From the NCBI GenBank assembly GCA_965203055.1, contig OZ241863.1, forward strand, positions 4,480,001 through 4,544,000: 64,000 bases of DNA, written 5' to 3'. The translations under genes were made by a program, and so were the position numbers. This document shows, in pieces, positions 30,339-40,162 of the stretch. How positions within the stretch are numbered: the stretch's first letter is position 1; every line of letters starts with the position of its first letter. The stretch is from Spirochaetia bacterium (GTDB taxonomy: Bacteria; Spirochaetota; Spirochaetia; SZUA-6; Bin103). The notes beneath the pieces are model-generated. The model had not been told where the DNA came from and ran no database searches. It was given only the letters and a program-made list of their open reading frames with translations.

Positions 30339-31571
30339 CTACACGAAGTCGCGCAGCGTGACCGGCCGCCCGCCGCGTTCGCCTCGGCCTGCCAGGCGCG
30401 CCGCCAAGGCCGCGGTGGTGACGTCCAGCAGCACGCCGGTGCCGATCAGCAGCGGCGCAATGGGCTGCATGATCAGGTAGCCTTCCCGCAGGCCGTGCCC
30501 GGACAGGGTCCACAGCAGCGCCAGACTTGCCATGGCGCCGTGTCCGGGAGCGGCGCCTGCCGCGAAGGAGATGAGGATGGTGAACAGCGCCGCCCACAGC
30601 ACCTGGCCGGAGCTTACCTCGAAGCTGGTGTAGGAGCGCAGCACCAGCAGGTAGCTCAGGCCGGTCACGAGGCCGGTTCCCGCGCGCCCGAACAGCGTGA
30701 ACAGCGGGACCGCGGCGGAGGTCACCATGCGCGGCAGCCCGAACGATCCGCGCCCGTGGACCAGCAGCGAGCCCGCGCCGACGTACGCGTCGCCGGTAAC
30801 GGCTCCGGTCAGGGCCGGCCCGAGCGCGGCGTAGAGCCACCGGTAGGGGTTGGTGCGCTCGCCGAGGAGGTAGAGCAACGCCGGGAACACGCCGAGGTAG
30901 AGCACGATGACGACGATGACGAGGACGATGATCAGCTCCCGGTACAGCGCCAGCTCGGCGGCCCCGAGCGTGAGCAGCATGGCCGCGCTGATCACCACGA
31001 TGGCAATCCAGAACACTTCCGCCACCAGGGCATTGATCTGAAAGAACAGCCGTGACAGGGCATCGGTGAGCTGCAGCAAGGGGGCGGTCGCCGCGGCGTC
31101 GAAATCGATGTTGAAACCCAGCACCAGCGCCAGCACGACCACCGGCAGCAGCAGCGCGCCGTCGCTGACGAGCGCCTGGAACAGGTTGGCCGGCACTACG
31201 CCGGCGGCAGTCTCCAGCAGGCCGGGAAGCCGGTAGGTCCCCGGATCGGCGATTACGACGATGGGAATGCGCTCCGGCGCCAGCAACAGCACGGAAGCGA
31301 TGCCAACACCTGTCAGCAGGATGGTGCTGCCGGCCAGACAGAGCGCCAGGCGCCGGTAGACGCGCCACGCCGCGCCCGCAATGCGCAACTCGTGGGTGCC
31401 GATGACCAGTCCGAAGAAGACCACGGGGAAGACCGCGTAGCCGCCGAACCGGGTGGCGAGGCGCGCCAGCGACGGCGCCAGCTCGGCGGCCGGGCCGCCG
31501 CGCCGGCTCAACAGCGCCCCAATCAACAACCCGGCGCCGGCCGCCAGGATGGTCTTGAGCCAGATCTTCAT
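30339..31571 (-). CDS. Dicarboxylate/amino acid:cation symporter family protein (divergent)
   Basis: Multi-TM; P.NLFQAL, NPYRWL, VPL..LFGRAGT, D...TAAL pattern of DAACS transporters. Confidence 0.75.
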   Translation of the reverse strand: MKIWLKTILAAGAGLLIGALLSRRGGPAAELAPSLARLATRFGGYAVFPVVFFGLVIGTHELRIAGAAWRVYRRLALCLAGSTILLTGVGIASVLLLAPERIPIVVIADPGTYRLPGLLETAAGVVPANLFQALVSDGALLLPVVVLALVLGFNIDFDAAATAPLLQLTDALSRLFFQINALVAEVFWIAIVVISAAMLLTLGAAELALYRELIIVLVIVVIVLYLGVFPALLYLLGERTNPYRWLYAALGPALTGAVTGDAYVGAGSLLVHGRGSFGLPRMVTSAAVPLFTLFGRAGTGLVTGLSYLLVLRSYTSFEVSSGQVLWAALFTILISFAAGAAPGHGAMASLALLWTLSGHGLREGYLIMQPIAPLLIGTGVLLDVTTAALAARLAGRGERGGRPVTLRDFV

Positions 31572-32500
31572 CGGGTCCAGCGTTGCCGAGGCAATGCGCG
31601 GCAGTCAACGGCGGCCCGAGGCGGCGGGCCGCCCGCCTCCGGGCCGCCTGCCATGCCGCGGTCGATCGACCAGCGCTGCGCCAGCGCCTCGTAGCGTTGC
31701 GCCTCGCCGAGTCGGCCGCGCTTGCGACAGCCGGCGGCGTAGATCCGCGCCTTGCGGGCCAGCTCCGCGCAGGCCGCGGCGTGGCGGGGAGATGCCGCCC
31801 CGAAGTGGCCGGCGGCAACCAGGTCGTGCAGTGCCCGCAGGCGGAAGATTTCGATCTGGCCGTAGCGTTCCGATAGCTGATCCGCGTGGCCGGCGCGTTT
31901 GACCACCAGTTCCTGCATGACGCAGCCCACGCGGTAGCGGGCCGTCAGGCGCAGCCAGAGTTCGTAATCCTCCGCTATCTCCAGGTCTTCGCGAAAGCCG
32001 CCGGCCTCCTCGAACGCGGCGCGGCGCAACAGCACGGTCGACGGTCCGATCACGCACTTGCGCAGCGAGTCGAGAAACAGGTCGCCGCGGCGCCGGTGGC
32101 GTTGCCCGCGCTGCGAGATCACGCGCCCGCCGCGCAGCCAGCGCTCCCGGGTGTGCGAAATCACGGCCCCGGTTGCCGCCGCCGCGGCCACCTGCCGCGC
32201 GAGCTTCTGCGGCAGCCACAGGTCGTCGGAGTCCAGGAACGCCAGAAACTCGCCGCGCGCCAGGCGCGCGCCGGCGTTGCGTACCTGTCCCGGCATCCCG
32301 CTATGCGCCTGGCGCAGCGTGCGCGCCTTGGGCCGGCGCGCCAGCGCAGCGCCGGTCGCGTCGGTGGAACCATCGTCCACCACGATCAGCTCCAGCGGCC
32401 GATAGCTCTGCGCCAGCACCGAGTCCGCGGCCTCCAATACCAGCTTCGCGCGGTTGTAGGTGGGAATCACCACCGATACCAGCGGTGAGCCGACCGGCAT
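31568..32500 (-). CDS. Glycosyltransferase family 2
   Basis: VSVVIPTYNR, LIVVDDGSTD, RNAG, FLDSDD, EDYELWLR. Confidence 0.93.
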   Translation of the reverse strand: MPVGSPLVSVVIPTYNRAKLVLEAADSVLAQSYRPLELIVVDDGSTDATGAALARRPKARTLRQAHSGMPGQVRNAGARLARGEFLAFLDSDDLWLPQKLARQVAAAAATGAVISHTRERWLRGGRVISQRGQRHRRRGDLFLDSLRKCVIGPSTVLLRRAAFEEAGGFREDLEIAEDYELWLRLTARYRVGCVMQELVVKRAGHADQLSERYGQIEIFRLRALHDLVAAGHFGAASPRHAAACAELARKARIYAAGCRKRGRLGEAQRYEALAQRWSIDRGMAGGPEAGGPPPRAAVDCRALPRQRWTR

Positions 32501-32623
32501 GCGGCGATGCTACCGGCATGATGCGGCACCTGCCAGCGGCCACCGCGGCCGCGGCGTGGCCCGCGCCGGGCCGCGGACTCCGCTTGCGCAAACCTGCGCG
32601 GCGCGGCAGGCTCGGCGGGCGCC

Positions 32624-33148
32624 ATGCCACTGCCCGATCGAATTGCGCTGGTGGGGTTCATGGGCTCGGGCAAGAGCACCGTGGGAGGGCTGCTCGCCGC
32701 GGCCCTCGGCTACCGGTCGGTGGACCTGGACAGCCTGATCGAGGAACAGGCCGGAACGCCGATTGCCGAGCTGTTCCGCCGCGAGGGTGAAGCGTCGTTT
32801 CGCGCGCGCGAGTCGCGCCTCCTGCTGCAGCTCGGCGCGCGGCGCGGCGTGGTGATCGCCACCGGCGGCGGCGCGCCCACGCGGCCGCGCAACCGCGAGT
32901 TCCTGCGCTCCCGGTGCCGTACCTTCTACCTGGAAGTCAGCGCCGCGGAGGTGCGCCGGCGGCTTGGCGCCGACCGCGGGCGGCCGTTGCTCGCCGCCAC
33001 GCTGCAAGGGATCGAGGAGTTGCTCGCCGCGCGCCGCGGCTGGTACGCCACGGTGGGCGCCGCCGTACCGGCGGAGGGCCGTACGCCGGCGCAGGTGGCG
33101 GCGGCGATTCACGCGCTGCTGCAGCCCCGCCCGACAAGCTCTCCGTGA
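32624..33148 (+). CDS. aroK: Shikimate kinase
   Basis: GFMGSGKSTVG, DLD..IE, GEASFRARE, ATGGG, RPLL. Confidence 0.95.
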   Translation: MPLPDRIALVGFMGSGKSTVGGLLAAALGYRSVDLDSLIEEQAGTPIAELFRREGEASFRARESRLLLQLGARRGVVIATGGGAPTRPRNREFLRSRCRTFYLEVSAAEVRRRLGADRGRPLLAATLQGIEELLAARRGWYATVGAAVPAEGRTPAQVAAAIHALLQPRPTSSP

Positions 33149-33152
33149 AGGT

Positions 33153-33896
33153 TCACCATTGCGCTTGCGCCGCCGCCTGCGGATGGCGCTCCAGGAGGGC
33201 GGCCAGATCGACGCGTCCTTCGTACCACGCCTTGCCGATGATCACCCCGATCACCCCGGCGGCGGCGCACTCGGCCACCGCCGCGACGTGCGCGGCCGAG
33301 CCGATTCCGCCGGACAACAGCACCGGCCGTCCGGCCGCGCGCGCCACCGCGCAGGTGCGCGTGAGGTCGGGCCCGGCCAGGGTGCCGTCGCGGGCAATGC
33401 TGGTATACACGATGCCGCGCACCGGTTGAGTGCTGATCCGCGCTGCCAGTTCGGTGTCGGCGATGCCGCCGCGCTGCTGCCAGCCGTGGGTCTTCACCTC
33501 CCCCCGGTCGGCGTCGATCCCGGCCACCAGACACCCCCCGACCTGCGCCGCCCAGCGCTCCGGCAACTCCGGGTCGCGCGCCAGGGCGGAGCCGATCACT
33601 ACCCGGTCCACGCCCAGCTCCACGAGCCGCCGCGCGTCGGCCGGGGTGCGCACTCCGCCGCCGACCTGGAGCCGCAGACCTACCGCGGCGCGGATGGCGC
33701 CGAGCACCCGGCGGTTGTCCCCGCTGCCGCGCGCGGCGTCGAGATCGACCACGTGCAGCCACGCGGCGCCCAGGTCCTCCAGCTCGACCGCGGTATCGAC
33801 CGCGTTGCGCGCATAGTCGGTGGCGGCGGCGAAGTCGCCGCGGGTAAGGCGCACCGGACGGCCGGCGAGCAGATCGATTGCCGGCAGGATCAGCAT
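33153..33896 (-). CDS. hisA: ProFAR isomerase HisA
   Basis: MLILPAIDL..G..VRL..G, LHVVDLDAA, QVGGGVR, TSIARDGTLAGPD, SGGIGS, IGKA.YEG. Confidence 0.95.
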   Translation of the reverse strand: MLILPAIDLLAGRPVRLTRGDFAAATDYARNAVDTAVELEDLGAAWLHVVDLDAARGSGDNRRVLGAIRAAVGLRLQVGGGVRTPADARRLVELGVDRVVIGSALARDPELPERWAAQVGGCLVAGIDADRGEVKTHGWQQRGGIADTELAARISTQPVRGIVYTSIARDGTLAGPDLTRTCAVARAAGRPVLLSGGIGSAAHVAAVAECAAAGVIGVIIGKAWYEGRVDLAALLERHPQAAAQAQW

Positions 33897-34411
33897 GAAC
33901 GGGGCTGCGGTTCTGCCGGTCGGGACGGCGCGCCGCGGCTGGCCGAACCGCGCGTCACTTCCTCCTCGAAGGCTTGGCAGAGCTGCTGCTGCAACTCCTG
34001 TTCGGTCATGTCCCGCGCCAGGAGACCGGTGAAGAAATCGCGTTTGCTGAGGCGGCAGATACCGGACAGGGCGGTGAGGTAATCGCGATGCCGGTCCGGG
34101 GGGGTGGCCAGTACGAACAGCAACTTCACCGGCTGCCCGTCGAGGGCCTGGTAGTCGATGCCGATGCGCGAGATGCCGAGGGCAATCGTGACTTCGCTTA
34201 CGCCGTCGGTCTGACCGTGGGCGGCGGCCACGCCGTGTCCGATGCCGGTGCTCTGGATACGCTCGCGGCGCATCACCGCCTGCTCGACCGCGGCGCGTTG
34301 CGCTCCGTCGGAGAATACGTGGGCGCGGCCCACCACCTCGTGAATCGCCGCGAACTTGTCCGTGTTCTGCAAGTTGTCGACCACGGTCCCGGGCATGAAG
34401 CAGCGCAGCAT
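33890..34411 (-). CDS. PTS sugar/nitrogen-type EIIA domain protein
   Basis: RRERIQSTGIGHGVAAAHG phospho-His motif; GIDY.ALDGQPV.LLF. Confidence 0.85.
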   Translation of the reverse strand: MLRCFMPGTVVDNLQNTDKFAAIHEVVGRAHVFSDGAQRAAVEQAVMRRERIQSTGIGHGVAAAHGQTDGVSEVTIALGISRIGIDYQALDGQPVKLLFVLATPPDRHRDYLTALSGICRLSKRDFFTGLLARDMTEQELQQQLCQAFEEEVTRGSASRGAPSRPAEPQPRSC

Positions 34412-34556
34412 TGGGAACGATCCAATCGCAAGCTATCAACCGCCTTTGCCGGCCGTCAAGCTGACGCGCGACCGGACGCCGCGCCGGGACCGGCGCCTGG
34501 CTATCCTGGCTATCGACGGAGCGGCGCAGGACGAGTATATTGTATTGACAGACTCA

Positions 34557-34630
34557 GGGGGCGTAGCTCAGTTGGCTAGAGCGCGTGAATGGCATTCACG
34601 AGGTCGTGGGTTCGATTCCCTTCGCCTCCA
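34557..34630 (+). tRNA. tRNA-Ala(GGC)
   Basis: GGGGGCG/CGCCTCC acceptor with G3:U70, CGTGA-ATGGCAT-TCACG, GGTTCGATTCC. Confidence 0.95.
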
Positions 34631-34634
34631 TAGG

Positions 34635-34907
34635 TTAGCGCCGGCGCCGCTGGAACAGCGGGTGCAGGTACTGGTCCAGGTTCCAGCGTTTCTGCACCCA
34701 GCGCATCACCGCGCCGTAGAGGAAGAAGGTCACCACGATCGGGACGCCGATGATCAGGAACCCGATCAGGCCGGCCGCCGGACTCGAAGCATCCCCGAAC
34801 AGTCTCGATGCCGCCACGAAGGAAGCGATCAGCAGCGCTCCCATCAGTAGCAGGTTGAACACCGTGGCGGCGACGATGAACAGGGCGGTGTTGGCTTTCT
34901 TGTTCAC
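34635..34907 (-). CDS. Small two-TM membrane protein coupled to lspA
   Basis: MNKKANTALFIVAATVFNLL..; GTGA overlap with the lspA stop. Confidence 0.75.
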   Translation of the reverse strand: MNKKANTALFIVAATVFNLLLMGALLIASFVAASRLFGDASSPAAGLIGFLIIGVPIVVTFFLYGAVMRWVQKRWNLDQYLHPLFQRRRR

Positions 34908-35425
34908 TGTTGTGCCCTCCGCTTGATTCGCAACTCGTCGCGCAGAAAGGTGACCAGCAGCAGGATGCCGGCCACCACTACCGACGAGTCCGCGACGTTG
35001 AAGGTGGGGAAGCGCGCCCAGCCGAGCAGGCCGTAGAACTTCACGTCGATGAAGTCCACCACGCCCGCGGGGCGGAATACCCGGTCCACGAAATTTGCTA
35101 CGCCCCCGCCGAGCACGGCCGCCAGGAGCCAGCGTTGGAGCTGCGACAGCTCGCTGGTGCGCAGATAGTAGAGCAGAATGACCGCTACCACCGCCAGGGG
35201 CAGAGCCAGAAACAGGGGCCGCCGCACCTCCGCCGGCAACCCATGTCCGATGGAGAAGGCGATTGCGGGATTCTGCAGCAGCGTGAGTCGCAGCAGGTCG
35301 CCGATCACCTCCACCGGCCGCCCGTAGGGCAGCGCGGCGATGGCGGCCGCCTTGGCCGCCTGATCGGCGGCCACGACCGCCGGGGCGAGGATGAGCGGCA
35401 GCAGTCGCCGCGGGCCGGCACTCAC
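34904..35425 (-). CDS. lspA: Lipoprotein signal peptidase II
   Basis: ADQAAK, N..IAFS, GGGVANFVDR, VVDFI, FPTFNVADS. Confidence 0.95.
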   Translation of the reverse strand: MSAGPRRLLPLILAPAVVAADQAAKAAAIAALPYGRPVEVIGDLLRLTLLQNPAIAFSIGHGLPAEVRRPLFLALPLAVVAVILLYYLRTSELSQLQRWLLAAVLGGGVANFVDRVFRPAGVVDFIDVKFYGLLGWARFPTFNVADSSVVVAGILLLVTFLRDELRIKRRAQQ

Positions 35426-36204
35426 AATCCCGTCGGCACGTCGATGAGGGTGGTGGCGACCCCGGCGTCGCGCGCCAGCCGTTGCGCGACGGCTCGCACC
35501 CCGTACACCTCGGACAGGTAGTGGCCGCCGCTCACCACGTTGATGCCCGCCTCCAGGGCGGCGTGATAGGTTTCGTGGGCCGCGTCGCCGGTCACGAACA
35601 GCTCGACGCCCGCGGCTATGGCGGCGTCCAGGTCGCGCGTGCCGCCGCCGGAAACCAGCGCCACCCGGTCTATCCGGTCCGGCCCAAAGGGCAGCACCGC
35701 CAGACAGTTACGCTCGCCGCCGAACAGCGCGTCGGTGACCTGGGCCAGGGAGCGCGGTTCGGGCAGCCTCCCCTGCAGCCCCACCATGACGCCGCGGTAC
35801 TCCCCGAACGGAGCGCGTTCGCGCAGCTCCAGGGCCTCCGCCATCCCGGCGTTGTTGCCCAGGGTGGGGTGGCAGTCCAGTGGCAGGTGCATGGCGTACA
35901 ATGCCAGATCGTGCTCCAGCAGCCGGCGAACGCGCGCCAGGTGGGTCCCGGTAAGGGCCAGCGGGCGGCCCCAGAACAGGCCGTGATGGACGAACAGCAA
36001 CTGGGCCCCCCAGTCGATGGCGCGCTGGAAGGTCTCCAGACAGGCGTCCACCGCGAACGCGGCGCGCGTTACCTCGCTGCCCGCGCGCCCCACCTGCAGG
36101 CCGTTCAGCGCCGGGTCGACACCGTCGGCCCGGGCGCCGCGGGCGTTCTCCGGGCCGGCCAGCAGGAGGGTACGGACCATCTGATCGAACTCGTCAAGCC
36201 GCAC
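35422..36204 (-). CDS. Nif3-like dinuclear metal centre protein (YbgI family)
   Basis: NGLQVG, FVHHGLFW, YAMHLPLDCHP.LGNN, VSGG, TGD..H, GHY.SE. Confidence 0.93.
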   Translation of the reverse strand: MRLDEFDQMVRTLLLAGPENARGARADGVDPALNGLQVGRAGSEVTRAAFAVDACLETFQRAIDWGAQLLFVHHGLFWGRPLALTGTHLARVRRLLEHDLALYAMHLPLDCHPTLGNNAGMAEALELRERAPFGEYRGVMVGLQGRLPEPRSLAQVTDALFGGERNCLAVLPFGPDRIDRVALVSGGGTRDLDAAIAAGVELFVTGDAAHETYHAALEAGINVVSGGHYLSEVYGVRAVAQRLARDAGVATTLIDVPTGL

Positions 36205-36312
36205 GGTTGATCGCACCAGTATAACGCAACTCACGGGCGCGGCGGCGGCGCGCCGGTACCGGGCCGCCGCGCGGCCGAAAAGCGGCGCCGACCGCGCGCC
36301 GTAGTAGCAGAC

Positions 36313-36711
36313 ATGGCAACGGAAACCAAGCCCCTAGCGGTGGTGGCAGTGGATACGCGACTGGTCGATCGACGGCTGCGGGTGAACGCGGTGGTACGCG
36401 ACGCGCAGGGCAGGCGGTACCTGGCACGGGTACCGGACCGCGAACTGGCCACCCTGCTGCCGCGCTCCATTCTGGCCGCGGACCGCAACCCGCCGGAGGA
36501 GGTGCTGGAAACGATTCGCGCCATCGTGGAGCGCCTGCTGACCGGGCGCCACGTGCGCCTCCGGGAACATCGCGACCGGCACTATCTGTCGTTTCTCTCC
36601 TGGCGCGAGGTGCGCTTCGCCGCCCCGCCGACTGCTCCGCCCGCCGTCTATACCCCGAACGAATCCATGAGCCGGTCGGTGAGAGAGTCCAGCACCTCGG
36701 CGTTGACGTAG
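36313..36711 (+). CDS. Hypothetical protein
   Basis: 132-aa ORF with genome-like codon usage filling the gap; 3' end overlaps flgM convergently. Confidence 0.6.
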   Translation: MATETKPLAVVAVDTRLVDRRLRVNAVVRDAQGRRYLARVPDRELATLLPRSILAADRNPPEEVLETIRAIVERLLTGRHVRLREHRDRHYLSFLSWREVRFAAPPTAPPAVYTPNESMSRSVRESSTSALT

Positions 36712-36935
36712 GCCGGGTCCTGCAGCTTGCGGGCCGCTTCGGCCACCAGATCGGTGCGCACGTCGGGACTGTTCAGGGCTATCTCGGTAGCCACCCGCAA
36801 GGCGTCGCTGGCGGACTGCGCCTCGGCGGATATCCGGACCGAATCGGCCTGCTCGGCGCCAGCCGCCGGGGCGGCGCCTTCCACCAGTTCGTAATGAGGA
36901 GTCGGATCGACGGGGCCAACGCTTTCGATCGCCAT
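36648..36935 (-). CDS. flgM: Anti-sigma28 factor FlgM
   Basis: DSVRISAEA..PDVRTDLV..KL....Y; 95 aa. A perfect TATAAT lies upstream (36954-36959). Confidence 0.75.
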   Translation of the reverse strand: MAIESVGPVDPTPHYELVEGAAPAAGAEQADSVRISAEAQSASDALRVATEIALNSPDVRTDLVAEAARKLQDPAYVNAEVLDSLTDRLMDSFGV

Positions 36936-37039
36936 GCGCGACTTCCGAGGCGCATTATACCGGGAACGGCAAAGCGCGGCTACCTCCTGCCTGATCTTTC
37001 TGAGCGCGGCGTTGGCGCGCCCTCCGGGCGCCGCGCCGA

Positions 37040-37705
37040 CTACTCCGCGGTGACCAGCAGCGCCAACTCGCCAACTACCTTCGGCCGCGCGTTCATCTGC
37101 TGCAGCAGGTCCCCGGCCGTGCCGGCCAGCACCTCCTCGTGCAGCTTGGTCAATTCGCGGCCCAGCAGAATCCGCCGCGCCGGGGCCAGCGCGTGCAGCT
37201 CCTGCAAGGTCTTCAGCAGCCGGTGCGGCCCCTCGAACAGAACGAAGGGCGCGCCGCCGGCCAGCAATCGGTTCAGTTGCGCCCGGCGGCGCCCCGGCTT
37301 GGGCGAACAGAACCCGTAGATCTGCACTCCCCGGGAAGATTCGCCCGACACGCTGAGGAGAGCCGTCACCGCCGAGGCGCCGGGCACCGGCAGCACCCGG
37401 AAGCCAGCCTCACGGGCTGCCCGCACGGCGCCGGTGCCGGGGTCGGAGATGCCCGGCGTACCCGCGTCGCTGACCAGGGCTACGTCCTGACCGGCGCGCA
37501 GCAATCCAAGCACCCGCCGCGCCCGGGTTTCGTCATGGCCGTAGGCGACGGTGGGAGTGGTGACGGCGTAGTGATGCAACAGGGTCCGGGTGCGGAGCGT
37601 ATCCTCGCAGGCAATCACGTCCACCGCGCGCAGCACCTCCAGGGCGCGCATGGTGATGTCGCCCAGGTTGCCGATCGGGGTCGCGACCACGTACAGCACC
37701 GCCAT
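37040..37705 (-). CDS. rsmI: 16S rRNA (cytidine1402-2'-O)-methyltransferase
   Basis: LYVVATPIGNLGDIT.RA, ACEDT, VSDAGTPGISDPG, RELTKLHEE. Confidence 0.96.
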   Translation of the reverse strand: MAVLYVVATPIGNLGDITMRALEVLRAVDVIACEDTLRTRTLLHHYAVTTPTVAYGHDETRARRVLGLLRAGQDVALVSDAGTPGISDPGTGAVRAAREAGFRVLPVPGASAVTALLSVSGESSRGVQIYGFCSPKPGRRRAQLNRLLAGGAPFVLFEGPHRLLKTLQELHALAPARRILLGRELTKLHEEVLAGTAGDLLQQMNARPKVVGELALLVTAE

Positions 37706-37716
37706 GCTCGTTCAGT

Positions 37717-38484
37717 TCAGGCGTGCCAGCCGCCTGCGACCTTGAGGTTGGCCCCGGTAATGTAGGATGAGGCATCGCGCAGCAGGAACAGCACCGCGTT
37801 GGTCACGTCGTCGACCGAAGCGTAGCGGCCCGCCGGGATGGCCTGCTCCGCGCCGGGCGGCTTGCTGACCGAGTTATCGATGATGCCCGGCGACACCGCG
37901 TTGACGGTGATGCCGCGGCGGGCGTAGGCCGCGGCCAGGCTCTTGGTGAGGATCAGCACTCCGGTCTTGCCGATCAGGTAGGGGGTAAGGTTGGGCGCGG
38001 CGCGCAGGTGATCGGCGGCGGAGTCGGCGAAGTTGACGATTCGTCCGTAGCCGCGCTCGACCATGCCGGGCAGCGCCGCGCGGCAGGCGAGGAAGGTCAC
38101 GGTTACCGTGGTGGCCAGCGCCCGCTCCCACTCGGCCGGGGTGACCGCGGCGATGTTCTTGACCAGGAAGGTCCCGACGTTGTTGACCAGGATATCCAGG
38201 CTGCCCGCGCGCGCGGTGACGCGCTCCACCATCGCTTCGACCGCCGCCGGGTCGCGCAACTCGGCCTGGACGGTAAACGCCCGGCCGCCGGCGCCGGCGA
38301 TTTCGCCGGCTGCCGCGGCCGCCTCATCCGCCTGCGAGCGGTAGTGCACCGCTACCTGCGCTCCCTGCCGCGCCAGCGCCAGCGCCACGCCTCGCCCGGT
38401 GCGCCGGCCGGCCCCCGTCACCAGCGCCACGCGGCCTTGCAACTCGCCGCCGGCCGCCGCGCCGCCGGCTCCCGCGCCGGTCAT
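37717..38484 (-). CDS. SDR oxidoreductase, pteridine/dihydromonapterin reductase-like
   Basis: ALVTGAGRRTG, LVNNVG, YLIGK (YxxxK), VNAVSPG; last gene of the fol operon. Confidence 0.8.
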   Translation of the reverse strand: MTGAGAGGAAAGGELQGRVALVTGAGRRTGRGVALALARQGAQVAVHYRSQADEAAAAAGEIAGAGGRAFTVQAELRDPAAVEAMVERVTARAGSLDILVNNVGTFLVKNIAAVTPAEWERALATTVTVTFLACRAALPGMVERGYGRIVNFADSAADHLRAAPNLTPYLIGKTGVLILTKSLAAAYARRGITVNAVSPGIIDNSVSKPPGAEQAIPAGRYASVDDVTNAVLFLLRDASSYITGANLKVAGGWHA

Positions 38485-38990
38485 GCGCGGTGAGCGCGGG
38501 CGGGCGCCCGCGGCGCCGGCGCCCGGCGTACGATCTGGCGCCAGGTCACCGCGGCCAGCGCCGCGGCCAGACTGCTGCCGTCGCGCGGGTCGCGCGCCCG
38601 GGGCGCCAATTCCAACAGCGGCAATAGCATGAAGTCGCGCCCGCGCAGCCCCGGATGCGGCAGGGTAAGGCGCCGGCCGGCATGCACTTGGTCGCCGTAC
38701 AGCAGCAGGTCGATGTCCACCGTGCGCGGGCCGTTGCGCAGCGCCCGCCGCCGTCCCAACCGGCGCTCCACCCGCTGCGTGAAGTCCAACACCTGCAATG
38801 GCCGGTCCCGCGTTACCACGTGCGCGGCGCAGTTCAGGAACCACGGTTGCTGCGTCACTCCCCACGGCAGCGTCTGGAACCAGGCGGAGACCCGCAGCAG
38901 CGAATAGCGCGCGCCCAGGAGCTCGAGCGCCTGCGCCAGGTGGCGCCGCGGCGCGATGTTGGAGCCGAGCGAGAGGTACAGGTCAGCCAT
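38481..38990 (-). CDS. folK: 6-hydroxymethyl-7,8-dihydropterin pyrophosphokinase
   Basis: YLSLGSNI, QP.FLN, E..LGR, GPRTVDIDLL, LTLPHP....RDF.L.PL. Confidence 0.95.
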   Translation of the reverse strand: MADLYLSLGSNIAPRRHLAQALELLGARYSLLRVSAWFQTLPWGVTQQPWFLNCAAHVVTRDRPLQVLDFTQRVERRLGRRRALRNGPRTVDIDLLLYGDQVHAGRRLTLPHPGLRGRDFMLLPLLELAPRARDPRDGSSLAAALAAVTWRQIVRRAPAPRAPARAHRA

Positions 38991-39801
38991 TGGCCGCTGC
39001 CGGCAACGCCGCCCGCCGGGCCCAGGCTTGCAGCGCCAGGGCCGGTTCATGGGCGCGCACGTAGTCTACCTGCGCGGCTGCCAGTTGGGCGGCGATCAGC
39101 AGCCGGCTGGAGAGCTCCGCCTTGCGCGCCAGGTAGGCCAGGGTCGGCGCCCCCAGCGCGGCCACCGCCGGCAGCGCGGCAATCGCCTGGATCTGGTACG
39201 CGATTCTGGTGGCGTCGTCGAACGAGGGATGGAAGATGCCGACGTTCGGGTCCAGGACTACGCGTTGCAGCCCGGCGCCGCGGGCGCGCGCCAGGGCCTC
39301 CCGCAGATAGTCGAGAATCGCCTCGCTGCCGTACGCCGCGGGGCGGCACGCGCGCATCGCGTAGGGGTCGGCGTAGGGCAGGTAGAGGATGCCGAGGGTG
39401 GCGCCGCGCTGCGCCACCGCCGCGCACAGCGCCGCGGAGGGCATGGCGCCGGTGAAGTTGATGAAGCTGGCGCCGCGGCTCAGGGCGCGCTCCGCGCACG
39501 ACTCGCTCCAGGTGTCGACCGCGGTCCGATAGCCGCCGGCCGCCATCGCCTCCAGCGCGGGCCGCAGCCGGCGCCACTCTTCGGCGTCGCTCACGCGCGG
39601 CCGGTCCGGGCTGATGGAACGCGCGCCGAGCTCCACGTAATCGGCGCCGCCGGCGCGCAGGCGGGCGGCGCGCTCGCGCACGGCCGGCAGACCGGCGGCG
39701 TGGGAGCCGGGTACGTTCGACTCCGCCGACAGATTGATGACGCCCAGAATGGTGGGCCGGCGCCGGGCCGCGGGGCGCCGCCGGCCGGCCTCAGCGGACA
39801 C
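38983..39801 (-). CDS. folP: Divergent dihydropteroate synthase-like protein
   Basis: ILGVIN, GAD..ELG..S..P, EE..RL, VDT, IN, LDP, RK, RAHE; lies between folB and folK. Confidence 0.75.
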   Translation of the reverse strand: MSAEAGRRRPAARRRPTILGVINLSAESNVPGSHAAGLPAVRERAARLRAGGADYVELGARSISPDRPRVSDAEEWRRLRPALEAMAAGGYRTAVDTWSESCAERALSRGASFINFTGAMPSAALCAAVAQRGATLGILYLPYADPYAMRACRPAAYGSEAILDYLREALARARGAGLQRVVLDPNVGIFHPSFDDATRIAYQIQAIAALPAVAALGAPTLAYLARKAELSSRLLIAAQLAAAQVDYVRAHEPALALQAWARRAALPAAANG

Positions 39802-40141
39802 GGAGGATCTCGACTCCCGCGTCCCTGGCGCCGGCGACCGCGGCCGGCTTGCGGACGGTCACGCGCACCTCCGCGGCCAGCTCCGACTGCAGCGCGCAAC
39901 GCGCGAGGTCCTCGGCCATGGTCTCCAGCAGCCGGTAGCGTCCCGCTACCACCAGCTCCCGCGCCCGCTGCGCCAGCGCGGCGTAGTCGATGGTGTGGGC
40001 CAGGTCACCCGAACCGGCCGCCCGCGCCAGGTCGGTTCCGACCTCCAGACTGACCAGCACCTCCTGCGGGATGACGCGTTCGGCGGGGAGCAAGCCCACG
40101 ATGCAGCGGATGCGCAGCTCGCGAATGACGACGCGGTCCAC
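39791..40141 (-). CDS. folB: Dihydroneopterin aldolase
   Basis: MDRVVI..L....IVG....ER...Q, TIDY, LLE..AE, V.VRKP.A. Confidence 0.93.
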   Translation of the reverse strand: MDRVVIRELRIRCIVGLLPAERVIPQEVLVSLEVGTDLARAAGSGDLAHTIDYAALAQRARELVVAGRYRLLETMAEDLARCALQSELAAEVRVTVRKPAAVAGARDAGVEILRVR

Positions 40142-40162
40142 GTGCGCGGCGCTCCGCTCCGG

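Noticed and set aside
29494..31818. 774-aa minus-strand ORF
   Set aside because: It runs through tRNA-Pro and two genes in other frames, with Arg/Pro-rich shadow composition.
36936..37039. Sigma28 promoter for flgM
   Set aside because: No TAAA-N15-GCCGATAA match seen; only a sigma70-type TATAAT.
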